DNA from: an uncultured delta proteobacterium
Lineage (GTDB): Bacteria > Myxococcota > Myxococcia > SLRQ01
Direction: 5' to 3'
Assembly: GCA_963727485.1 (NCBI GenBank)
Contig: CAVSGM010000002.1
Span: 1,568,001-1,632,000, forward strand
DNA length: 64,000 nucleotides
Shown: piece by piece, positions 10,448-21,764 of the stretch
Position numbering within the stretch: the first letter of the stretch is position 1
Layout of the letters: every line of letters starts with the position of its first letter
Program-made: the position numbers and the translations under genes
The notes under the pieces: generated by a model
What the model was told of the DNA's origin: nothing
Databases searched by the model: none
What the model saw: the letters and a program-made list of their open reading frames with translations, nothing else

Positions 10448-13063
10448 TGCGGCGCCGGGGGGTCGTGCTGCTCGCCCTGGTCGGGCTCGTCGGCTGCCAG
10501 CCGCCGCCGCCGTCGGCGCCCAAGGGGCCCCCGCTGGTGGTCCTCGCCGACGTGACGGTGCACATCCAGGCGAGCCCCTTTGCCCTCTCGGTGGTTTCGA
10601 CCCTGGGCGGCGGCCTCGGGGTGCCGGCGACGATCGTCCAGACCGGGACCCCGGCCCTCGAGTTCGCCACGGTGCAGAGGCCCGATCCCTCGGTGCTCTA
10701 CGACCCGGCGCTGGGGGCGAAGGTCACCTGGGTGAAGGCGACCAAGGTGGTCGACAGCGCGCCCACCGCCCACGACGGAACCCGCCTGGCGGTGGCCACC
10801 GAGGACCCGAACCACCGCTTCCTGGTGACCCTCGATCCGGGCAGCGTCCCGGACACGGTGGACCTCACGGTGACGGTGGACCCGGCGGACATCCGGGTGG
10901 TCGACACCCGGCTGCACCTCGCCGCGCCGGCGGGCGAGCAGTACTACGGCCTCGGGGAGTGGTTCGACGGCTTCACCCAGCGCGGCAAGGTCCGCGACCT
11001 GCGCTTCGACGTGAGCACCGAGGACGACGCCGGGCACAACCAGATGCACGTCCACGCCCCGGCCTTCGTGTCCACCGCGGGCTACGGGGTGCTCCTGGAC
11101 GACCCGGGGCCGGTGGTGGCGGACATGGCCGGGAGCGGGCCCGACGTGACGCTGACGGTGGTCGGCGCGTCCCTCCACGGGCACCTGATGGCGGCGGGGG
11201 ATCCCCTGGTGACCGCGGGGCTGGTGCAGGCACAGGCGGGGCTGCCCCCGGTGCCGCCGGCCTGGACCTTCGGGCCCATGCAGTGGCGCGACGAGGACAA
11301 GGTGACCTGCCAGAGCGCCTGCAGCGCCGGGTGCGATCCGTCGTCCACCGGCGCCGACGTGGTCCTCGCCGACGCGCAGCAGATGCGGACGCTGGGCCTG
11401 CCCGCCAGCGCCATCTGGATCGACGCGCCCTGGGAGACGGGGTTCAACACCTTCGCCTTCAACCCGGTGCAGTTCCCGGACGCGACGGGGATGATCTCCA
11501 AGCTCCACGCGCTCGGCTACAAGGTGGTGGTCTGGGCCTCGCCGTTCATGGACGCCGGCGACGACTCGGCCACCGAGTGCGGGATGAGCGCCACCGACGC
11601 CGGCGAGCTCTACGCCACGGCGAAGGACAAGCGGGTACCTGGTGACCGGGAGCGACGGGGCGCCGCTGGTCTTCCCCTGGCGGGGGACGAAGGGCGCCCT
11701 GGTGGACTTCACCAACCCGGCCGCCACGCAGTGGTGGGAGGGGCTCGCCGAGGGGGCGGTGCGCGCGGGGGTCGACGGGTTCAAGCTCGACTTCGACGAG
11801 TACATCCTCCCGGCGCTCGCGGGGATCGCGGTGCCCGACTACTACCACTTCGCCGACGGCTCCGGCGGCCTCTCGATGAGCTCGCGGTACCACGCGCGCT
11901 TCCACCACGCGGCGGCCGAGGCCCTGCGGCAGGTGAACGGCGCGGGCGGCTTCGTCATCGGCCGGACCGGCAACGCCTTCGACGCGGTGGACGCCACCGC
12001 GGTGTGGCCAGGCGACCTGTGCAACGGGTTCCAGCAGCACGGGGACAAGGTGGCGGGCAGCACCTCGAAGTTCCACGCCGGCGGCCTGCCGGCGGCCCTC
12101 TCGGCGATGGTGTCGCTTTCGGCCTCGGCGCATCCGTACTTCGGCTCGGACATCGGCGGCTACCGGCACGGGGCGCCGACCAACGAGGCCCTGGCGCGGT
12201 GGATCGAGCTGGGGGCGTTGTCACCGGTGATGGAGCTCGGGGGCGGGGGCGCCGATCACAATCCGTGGGACAGCGCCCTCTACGACCCGAGCCTGGTGCC
12301 CCTCTACCAGACCTATGCGCGGCTCCACACCGACCTCTTTCCCTATCTCGAGGTCCTGGCGCGCCAGGTGTCGGCGACCGGGGTGCCCATGGTCCGGGCG
12401 CCGGGGCTGATGTTCCCCGGCGACGCCGCGCAGACGGCGGTGGACGACCAGTACTTCCTGGGGCCGTCGCTGATGGTGGCGCCGGTCGTCACCGACGGGG
12501 CGCGGCAGCGGGACGTGGCCTTCCCCAAGGGCAAGTGGGTGAGCTGGTGGGACGACACGGTGGTCACCGGGCCGGTGACGCAGGCGGTGGCCGCGCCGCT
12601 GGAACAGGTGCCCCTCTACGTGCCCGCCGGGGCGGTGATCCCGATGCTCCCCGCCGACGTGGACACCCTCGCGGACGCCACCGACCCCTCGGTCGTCACC
12701 GCCGCCGACCGCGCCGGCCAGCTCCGGGTGCGCCTCTACCCCGACGCCTCGCTGACCCGCTACGACCTGGTGGACGGCACCCGGATCTCCTACGACGGCA
12801 CGGGGAAGACCAGCGCCGGCCTGGTGGTCACCGTCGCCGGCGCGCCGCTGACGCGCACCTATACGATGCGCATCGAGTGGAAGCTGCTCTCCGGCGACGC
12901 GCCGACGTCGGTGGTGAGCCACGCGCTCCAGGCGCTCACCGCCTTGCCCGACCGGCCGAGCTTCGATGGGGCGGCGAGCGGCTGGTACTACGACGCGGCC
13001 GCCGGGGTGCTCTGGGTCCGCCTGCCCATCGACGCGGGCGGCGACCTGGTGCACGTGCAGTAG
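10447..13063 (+). CDS. Glycoside hydrolase family 31 (alpha-glucosidase/xylosidase-like) lipoprotein; +1 frameshift near 11632
   Basis: Lipobox LVGLVG-C; YYGLGE, PPVPPAWTFG, IWIDAPW, FNPVQFPD, VDFTNPAA..WW, nucleophile DGFKLDFDE, acid/base VWPGD, GSDIGGY, QYFLGPSLMVAPV. Confidence 0.9.
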
Positions 13064-13076
13064 CGCGGCGCCCCGC

Positions 13077-13322
13077 CTACCCCTCGTGGCAGTCGAGACG
13101 CTTGAGCTCGACCCGCTTGTCGCCGTCGGGGAGCGAGAAGGTGACCTGGCCCCAGGCCCTGCCGTCGCCGGCGTCGAGGGCGCAGCCCGGCAGCGGCTGG
13201 GGCGCCCAGGACAAGGGTTTGCACTTCCCATCGTCGGCGCGGGCGCCGTGACCCACCGCCAGCGTGAACGCGAGCACCCCCCCGACGACCATCCCAACCA
13301 GAACGCCTCGACGCGCAGCCAC
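13077..13322 (-). CDS. Small secreted Cys-containing hypothetical protein (81 aa)
   Basis: GGGAGGG upstream of GTG, signal-peptide-like N-terminus ending ARA, fills the gap between convergent genes. Confidence 0.5.
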   Translation of the reverse strand: MAARRGVLVGMVVGGVLAFTLAVGHGARADDGKCKPLSWAPQPLPGCALDAGDGRAWGQVTFSLPDGDKRVELKRLDCHEG

Positions 13323-13390
13323 GCGACCCTCCCGAGGTAGACCCGGATGCTACCCGGGCCGGGAGGGCCCGCCAACCGGCAGCGCCGACG

Positions 13391-14734
13391 CTACTTCCAC
13401 AGGTCGTTCCACCAGTGGGCCTTCTTGGCCTGGTGGGGCCGGTGGCGCTCGAGGCCCATCTGCTTCTCGATCTTCGCCACCTGCCACCCGGTGAGCTCGG
13501 CAAGCGCCTTGGCCCGCTGGACCCGCTGCTGCTCCAGCCGGTCGAAGTAGCTCGCCGCCGCGGGGCAGGCGTCGCGCGCGCCCTTCCAGGGCTCCTGCAT
13601 CACGTAGCGGGCCTGGAAGTTGGCGGTGTTGCCGGTGACCTGGAAGCGCAGGTCCTCGGGGAAGTGGTCGCCGTCGTAGCGGACGTGGAGCCGGGTCAGG
13701 TACACCTGCCGGCTCGAGGGGTTCTTCAGCCAGAAGGCGCCCAGCTGCCGGAGCTCGGTGTTGTTCAGGGGCTGGGCCGAGCAGGGATCGCACCAGTTCA
13801 TGTTCCAGGCGTACTCCAGGAACACCGCGCGGTTCTGGTGCTCGGCGGCCTGGTGCTTGAACATCGCCTGGTAGAAGGTCCCGAAGCGCCCCCCCTGCTC
13901 CAGGTACACCGGCAGCTGCATCCCTGTCGGGAGCTTCACCGTCGGGTAGTTCGTCGTCTCCACCCGGCCGGTCCGGGTGATGGCGAAGATCGAGAGGTCC
14001 TGGGGGCCCTTGGCGTTCACCGTCCCCAGGCGGATCGGCAGCATGAACTTCGGCGTCTCGTAGGCCACCTGCAGCGGCTTGAGCGTCTGGCTCTGGCTGG
14101 CCGCGTGGCGCTTGAGGTTCACCTTGGCCACGAAGAAGTGCATCTGCTGCTTGAGGTAGCTGCCGACCACCTCGCCGGCGCCGGCGGGGATCTTGTAGCC
14201 GTTCTCGGCGAGCCAGGTGATGAGGCCGCTCGACTGCTTCGCCGAGAGGATGAGGATGTCGTAGTCGCCGACGGCGTACCGGGCCTCGATGGTCACCCCC
14301 AGGGCCGCCGCCCGGCCGCGCCCCCCGACCCCGCCGACGATCCCGCCCACGGGCGCGAAGCTCTTGAGCGACCGCGTCTCGTCGAGCCGCGGCGCGCAGG
14401 GGTTCGGGTCGTAGTAGCGTACCAGCCGCGGCGCCGAGTACTTGTCGAGGTGATCGACCAGCTTGCTGTCGCCGATATGGATCTGCCCGCGCTCGATCTT
14501 CGTGGGCACCGGGATCACCACCGCGAAGTCCTTGGGCGACCCCGAGAAGTCGCTCTCCATGGTGATGATGGTCTTGTCACCGTCGCGGACGAGCACGACC
14601 TTCGACGAGTGGTCGTAGAGCCTGGTGTTCGCCTGCGACACGTAGAACCCGCAGAAGGCCGCGGCGGGTCGGGACGGGCCCAGGGCCACCAGCGACACCA
14701 GGACAAAGGGCAAGAGGGCGAGTGGGCGCTTCAT
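13391..14734 (-). CDS. DUF2330-family secreted protein, copy 2
   Basis: Signal peptide then FCGFYV...SKVVLVRDGDKTIITM...DFAVVIPVP...YSAPRLVRYYD...FMLPIRLG...EYAW..CDPC...YLTRLHVRY; ATG at 14734 with GGAGA RBS. Confidence 0.85.
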   Translation of the reverse strand: MKRPLALLPFVLVSLVALGPSRPAAAFCGFYVSQANTRLYDHSSKVVLVRDGDKTIITMESDFSGSPKDFAVVIPVPTKIERGQIHIGDSKLVDHLDKYSAPRLVRYYDPNPCAPRLDETRSLKSFAPVGGIVGGVGGRGRAAALGVTIEARYAVGDYDILILSAKQSSGLITWLAENGYKIPAGAGEVVGSYLKQQMHFFVAKVNLKRHAASQSQTLKPLQVAYETPKFMLPIRLGTVNAKGPQDLSIFAITRTGRVETTNYPTVKLPTGMQLPVYLEQGGRFGTFYQAMFKHQAAEHQNRAVFLEYAWNMNWCDPCSAQPLNNTELRQLGAFWLKNPSSRQVYLTRLHVRYDGDHFPEDLRFQVTGNTANFQARYVMQEPWKGARDACPAAASYFDRLEQQRVQRAKALAELTGWQVAKIEKQMGLERHRPHQAKKAHWWNDLWK

Positions 14735-14757
14735 GATCGTCTCCCCGGTAGGTGTGG

Positions 14758-16086
14758 TCACTTCCACAGTGAGTTCCACCAGTGGTGCTTCTGGTGCGGC
14801 TGGTGATGGGTCAGGCCCATCTGCTTCTCGATCTCCGGCACCTGCCACCCGGTGAGCTCGGCGAGGGCCTTGGCGCGCTGGTGCTGCTGCTTCTCCAGGC
14901 GATCGAAGTAGGCGGCGGCCGCCGGGCACTGGTCGCGCGAGCCCTTCCACGGCTCCTGCATCACGTAGCGGGCCTGGAAGTTGGCGGTGTTGCCAGTGAC
15001 CTGGAAGCGCAGGTCCTCGGGGAAGTGGTCGCCGTCGTAGCGGACGTGGAGCCGGGTCAGGTACACCTGCCGGCTGTAGGGATTGCTCACCCAGAACACC
15101 CCGAGGCCCCGGAGCTGCTGGTTGTTCAGGGGCGACGCCGAGCAGGGGTCGCACGAGCTCATGTTCCAGGCGTACTCCAGGAACACCGCGCGGTTCTGGT
15201 GCTCGGCGGCCTGGTGCTTGAACATCGCCTGGTAGAAGGTCCCGAAGCGCCCCCCCTGCTCGAGGTAGACGGGCAGCTGCATCCCCGTCGGCAGCTTCAC
15301 CGTCGGGTAGTTCGTGGTCTCGACGCGCCCGGTGCGGGTGATGGCGAAGATCGAGAGGTCCTGGGGGCCTTTCGCGTTCACCGTGCCCAGGCGGATCGGC
15401 AGCATGAACTTCGGCGTCTCGTAGGCCACCTGCAGCGGCTTGAGCGTCTGGCTCTGGCTGGCCGCGTGGCGCTTGAGGTTCACCTTGGCCACGAAGAAGT
15501 GCATCTGCTGCTTGAGGTAGCTGCCGACCACCTCGCCGGCGCCGGCGGGGATCTTGTAGCCGTTCTCGGAGAGCCAGGTGATGAGGCCGCTCGACTGCTT
15601 CGCCGAGAGGATGAGGATGTCGTAGTCGCCGACCGCGTACCGGGCCTCGATGGTCACCCCGAGGGAGCGGGCGGAGTGCCGGGCCGGCTTCGACGCGGCC
15701 TTGGCCATCGCCGGCGCGGGCATCTCGTCCATCGCCCGGTAGCGGCGCCTCTGCGCGCAGGGGTTCCGGTCGTAGTAACGCACCAGCCGGGGCGCCGAGT
15801 ACTTGTCCAGGTGATCCACCAGGCGCTCGTCGCCCACGTGGATCTGCCCCTTCTCGATCCGGGTGGGCACCGGGATCACCACCGCGAAGTCCTTGGGCGA
15901 CCCCGAGAAGTCGCTCTCCATGGTGATGATGGTCTTGTCACCGTCGCGGACCAGGACCACCTTCGACGAGTGGTTGTAGAGCTTCGTGTTCGCCTGCGAG
16001 ACGTAGAACCCGCAGAAGGCGAAGGCCGGACGCGAGAGGACGAGGGCGAGGCCAAAGAGGGGCAGGGCGGCGAGGCGGCGATGCAT
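14758..16086 (-). CDS. DUF2330-family secreted protein, copy 1
   Basis: Same motifs as copy 2; tandem paralogue offset by about 1.36 kb. Confidence 0.87.
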   Translation of the reverse strand: MHRRLAALPLFGLALVLSRPAFAFCGFYVSQANTKLYNHSSKVVLVRDGDKTIITMESDFSGSPKDFAVVIPVPTRIEKGQIHVGDERLVDHLDKYSAPRLVRYYDRNPCAQRRRYRAMDEMPAPAMAKAASKPARHSARSLGVTIEARYAVGDYDILILSAKQSSGLITWLSENGYKIPAGAGEVVGSYLKQQMHFFVAKVNLKRHAASQSQTLKPLQVAYETPKFMLPIRLGTVNAKGPQDLSIFAITRTGRVETTNYPTVKLPTGMQLPVYLEQGGRFGTFYQAMFKHQAAEHQNRAVFLEYAWNMSSCDPCSASPLNNQQLRGLGVFWVSNPYSRQVYLTRLHVRYDGDHFPEDLRFQVTGNTANFQARYVMQEPWKGSRDQCPAAAAYFDRLEKQQHQRAKALAELTGWQVPEIEKQMGLTHHQPHQKHHWWNSLWK

Positions 16087-16897
16087 GGTCGTCTCCAGGG
16101 TGACCCGGCCACTGGTACCGGGCGTGGGGAAGCAGGCGATCGAGGAGCGGCACCAGGGGGGCGCAGATCGCCAGCGCCCAGATGACGTCGCTCGGGTGGT
16201 AGAGGCCGAAGCGGATGAAGCCGGCGACCAAGGCGACCAGCGCCGCCCACAGGAGGCGGCCGACGCGGTGGTCGGGGACCGTCTTCGGGTCCGAGATCAT
16301 CAGGAAGGTGAAGATGAGCAGGGTCCCCGAGGCCAGCTCGTGCAGGGGGATGGCCAGGGGATCGCCGAGCCACAGGGCCCGGCCGAAGAGGATGGCGAGG
16401 TAGGTGCCGAGGAAGGTCAGCGGCACCCCCGGGCGGGCGGCGCGGTAGCCCACCAGCATCCCCAAGCCGGCGATCGCGAAGCCGAGCAGGGCCGTGTGCC
16501 CCCAGAGCCCCGGGCTCACCCACACCCGGTCGGTGGCGAGCATCATCGCCACCAGGGCCAGGTTGGTGGGGTTGAACACGTGCTTCCCGCGCACCCGGAT
16601 GAGGTACTTGCCGGCGATGGTGACCACCCCGGCCAGCACCGCCAGCCACCAGTCCCCGGTGCGCAGCAGCAGCGCCAACGAGAGCCCGGAGATGAGGGGG
16701 CTGCGGGGATCGAAGCGCGGGAGGCGCTTCACGCGGGTGAAGGCGAGCTGGGTGAGCAGGGTGCTCGCCAGAAGGAGCGCCAGGCGGCCGAGGGGGACGA
16801 CCAGGTTGCCGCTCACCCGTCCGTAGACGAGGAGCGCGGTGAGGATCGCCACCTGGTAGTGGCGCGGGTCCCGGGCCAGGGCGTGGAGTCGGCGCAT
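15938..16897 (-). CDS. RnfD/NqrB-like integral membrane protein (stand-alone)
   Basis: SPLISGLSLALLLR, IAGKYLIRVRGKHVFNPTN, FLMISDPKTVP motifs typical of the NqrB/RnfD fold; start MRRLHAL at 16897; 3' tail overlaps the DUF2330 start by about 150 nt. Confidence 0.82.
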   Translation of the reverse strand: MRRLHALARDPRHYQVAILTALLVYGRVSGNLVVPLGRLALLLASTLLTQLAFTRVKRLPRFDPRSPLISGLSLALLLRTGDWWLAVLAGVVTIAGKYLIRVRGKHVFNPTNLALVAMMLATDRVWVSPGLWGHTALLGFAIAGLGMLVGYRAARPGVPLTFLGTYLAILFGRALWLGDPLAIPLHELASGTLLIFTFLMISDPKTVPDHRVGRLLWAALVALVAGFIRFGLYHPSDVIWALAICAPLVPLLDRLLPHARYQWPGHPGDDHASPPRRPAPLWPRPRPLASGLRLLRVLRLAGEHEALQPLVEGGPGPRR

Positions 16898-17090
16898 GGT
16901 CCCATCTACGCACGCGACCAGAAATGGATCTTCCGGTCCGGTATGTGGGGCCAGGTACGTGGGGCGCATACCCCAAGAAATCCGTGGCCGATCGAAAGCC
17001 GGACGGCTCTTTGTCTTCAGAGGGCCACGGAGCCCTGGGACACCCCGAACGGCGGCCCCGTCCAGGAGCCGCCCCCGAAGGAGGGACGTG

Positions 17091-17840
17091 ATGCGACACT
17101 TCATCCACCAGCTGGTCATCGGAAGCCTGGCGGGCGCGCTCGTCGCCGGCTGCGGCGCCGCCCAGACCCCGGCCATGGTCAAGGGCCAGGTCAACCAGTC
17201 GAGCTTCCCCCAGGCGCTCACCCACCTCACGGTGGTCAGCTCCACCGGGGCCAGGACCCAGATCCCCGTCGCCGCCGACGGCACCTTCCAGGCGAAGCTC
17301 GCCCCGGGCGCCGCCTACCGCCTCGACTTCGCCGGGAGCGGCTCGTCGACCGGCTCGGTGGTCTTCCCGCGCTCGGGCGGCTCCATCAACTCGGCGTTCG
17401 CGATGGTCGGGCCGACCACCCTCGACCTCGGCAAGCTGACCTACATCGGCGACCCGAAGGCCCACACCTATGCCTTCACCCAGAGCGGGACCGCCGGTGG
17501 CACCACCGACAGCCAGGGCGACGTCGAGGTCGACGACTCGAACACCTGCTCGACCGACGACGGCGCCAGCTCGGACACCGGCTCCGGCGATGCGACCGAC
17601 GGCGGCTCCGGTGACACCGGCTCGGCCAGCGGCGACACCGGCGGCACCAGCGGCGACACCGCCGGCTCCGGCGACTCCGCCGACGGCCCCGACATGACCG
17701 GCGCCGAGGCCCAGCAGGAGACCGACAAGATCGACCAGGAGCCCGCCGAGGCGGCGGTCCCCGAGCACAACGCCCCCAGCGAGGCCGGCTGCGGGTCGAG
17801 CAGCGGCTCCTCCGGCTCGAACGGGACCCCGATCCCCTAG
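17091..17840 (+). CDS. Lipoprotein with Gly/Ser/Asp/Thr-rich acidic low-complexity C-terminal half
   Basis: AAGGAGGG RBS; lipobox LVAG-C; beta-rich N-domain followed by GDTG/SGDT repeats. Confidence 0.82.
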   Translation: MRHFIHQLVIGSLAGALVAGCGAAQTPAMVKGQVNQSSFPQALTHLTVVSSTGARTQIPVAADGTFQAKLAPGAAYRLDFAGSGSSTGSVVFPRSGGSINSAFAMVGPTTLDLGKLTYIGDPKAHTYAFTQSGTAGGTTDSQGDVEVDDSNTCSTDDGASSDTGSGDATDGGSGDTGSASGDTGGTSGDTAGSGDSADGPDMTGAEAQQETDKIDQEPAEAAVPEHNAPSEAGCGSSSGSSGSNGTPIP

Positions 17841-17924
17841 CCCGAGCCTGCGACGCAGGCGCGCGCCCGCCGCGGCCCCGGCTCACCCCCGGGCCCGGCG
17901 GGCGCCGTCGTCTTGAGCCGCCCG

Positions 17925-19295
17925 CTAGTTCGCCGGGCACCTGGTGGTCGCCGGCGTCGGCGGCAGCGGCGTCTGCGAGAAGTCGAAGGCGTTCACCAGC
18001 GACCCGGCGACGTCGTCCCGGGCGGCGGGATCCATCTGGTGCAGGGCCCCGACGCTGCTGGGCGTGAACACCTGCTCGATGAACTTCACCAGGCTCGCCT
18101 GCTCGGTGACCCCGTGGAACACGCCCTGCTTCGCATAGGGCGAGACGATGATCAGCGGCAGCCGGAACCCGAGGCCGTAGGGGTGGGTGGCGTCGCAGCC
18201 GTACTGCACCGGCGGCTTCACGTGGTCGTAGAACCCACCAAAGTCGTCCCAGGTGATGAAGATCGCCGTGTGCGCCCAGTACTTGCTGTTCATGACCTCG
18301 TTGACGCGCTTGACCACCCACTGGTCGTTGCCGCACATCGACAGCGGCGGGTGCCCCGAGTAGAGGTCCTGGTTCACCAGCCAGGTCACGTTGGGGAGCT
18401 TCCCGTTCTTGATGTCGTCGTCGAAGTCGTACCAGGGGACGACGCGCTCCCACTCCTCGTGGCTGTCGCGGATGGACTTGATGTCGTCGAACATGCTCCA
18501 CACGTAGTGGCCGAAGCCCCAGTTGAGCCCGGTGCCGTAGAACTTCCAGCTCACGCCCTTGGGCAGGAGGTCGGGGACCGAGGGCATGTCGAAGCAGGGG
18601 TACTGCTGGGTGGTCTGGCAGGTGCTCTGGTTCTCCACGCCCACGTGGGTGCCCCAGGGATCGTCGCAGCCCCAGATGGGCATGGTGATCACGTCCTTGG
18701 GGTCGCCGTCGGACCACCCCGCCTGGGCGGCGAGGACGAAGTTGTGCCCGGGGAAGCTGGGCCCGAGCATGGAGCTGAAGAAGTGGTCGGCGAGGCCGTA
18801 GGTCCTGGCGAGCTGCCAGTACCCGGGGAGGTCCTGCTCCTGGTACTGGGACCAGGCCATGTGGTCGCCGTTCTTGTTGGCGCCGGCCTGCTGGAACCAG
18901 CCGTCCATCTTCCCGCCGTCCCAGTCGGTGAGCGCGCAGCCGTGCTCGTGGCACATGCTCCGGGTGATGTCCGGGGCGTGAGGCGCCTTGAAGGTGGTGC
19001 CGTCGGGGGCGGTGAAGGTGCTCTTGGTGTCGGCGCCGGGGAAGCCGGCGAAGAGGTTGTCGAAGGTGTGGTTCTCGTTGACGATGATCACCACGTGGTC
19101 GATGTAGCCCGGCGGCACCACCGGCGCCGAGGGGCCGCTGCCCCCCGAGCCGCCGCTGCCGCCGGGGCTGGTGGCCCCGGTGCCGGTGCCGGGCCCCGAG
19201 GGGCCGCCGGTGGCGCTCAGCGCCCCGCCGCCGCCGCACCCGAGGGGCGCGAGGAGCAGGGGGACCGCGAGGAGGAGCAGGGACGGGCGCTTCAT
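17925..19295 (-). CDS. Phosphoesterase (phospholipase C/acid phosphatase AcpA-PlcH family) lipoprotein
   Basis: Lipobox [69 protein letters not shown]. Confidence 0.9.
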   Translation of the reverse strand: MKRPSLLLLAVPLLLAPLGCGGGGALSATGGPSGPGTGTGATSPGGSGGSGGSGPSAPVVPPGYIDHVVIIVNENHTFDNLFAGFPGADTKSTFTAPDGTTFKAPHAPDITRSMCHEHGCALTDWDGGKMDGWFQQAGANKNGDHMAWSQYQEQDLPGYWQLARTYGLADHFFSSMLGPSFPGHNFVLAAQAGWSDGDPKDVITMPIWGCDDPWGTHVGVENQSTCQTTQQYPCFDMPSVPDLLPKGVSWKFYGTGLNWGFGHYVWSMFDDIKSIRDSHEEWERVVPWYDFDDDIKNGKLPNVTWLVNQDLYSGHPPLSMCGNDQWVVKRVNEVMNSKYWAHTAIFITWDDFGGFYDHVKPPVQYGCDATHPYGLGFRLPLIIVSPYAKQGVFHGVTEQASLVKFIEQVFTPSSVGALHQMDPAARDDVAGSLVNAFDFSQTPLPPTPATTRCPAN

Positions 19296-19447
19296 GGGGT
19301 GACCTCCGAGGCCGTCACACTAGCCCCGGGGCCCCTCGCGCTACACCCTACCTCCCCTTACAACGGCGCACCTTCTGCGCCGCCGCGGTGCGTCAACCGG
19401 CGGGCCCGCCCCTTGCCGCCCCGCGCCCCGCGGGATATGTGCCCGCC

Positions 19448-21724
<2,277 letters not shown>

Positions 21725-21764
21725 TCCGGCGGCGACCGCGCTGCGGCGGGGCCGGCGATGGCGA

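Noticed and set aside
13391..16086. DUF2330 duplication as an assembly artefact or a DGR template/variable repeat pair
   Set aside because: The copies differ by many synonymous changes, a distinct loop and distinct signal peptides. Differences do not appear adenine-specific and there is no reverse transcriptase in the window.
19296..19447. Purine/ZTP riboswitch upstream of purL
   Set aside because: No recognisable consensus, and a -10-like box 6 nt before the ATG leaves no room for a leader.
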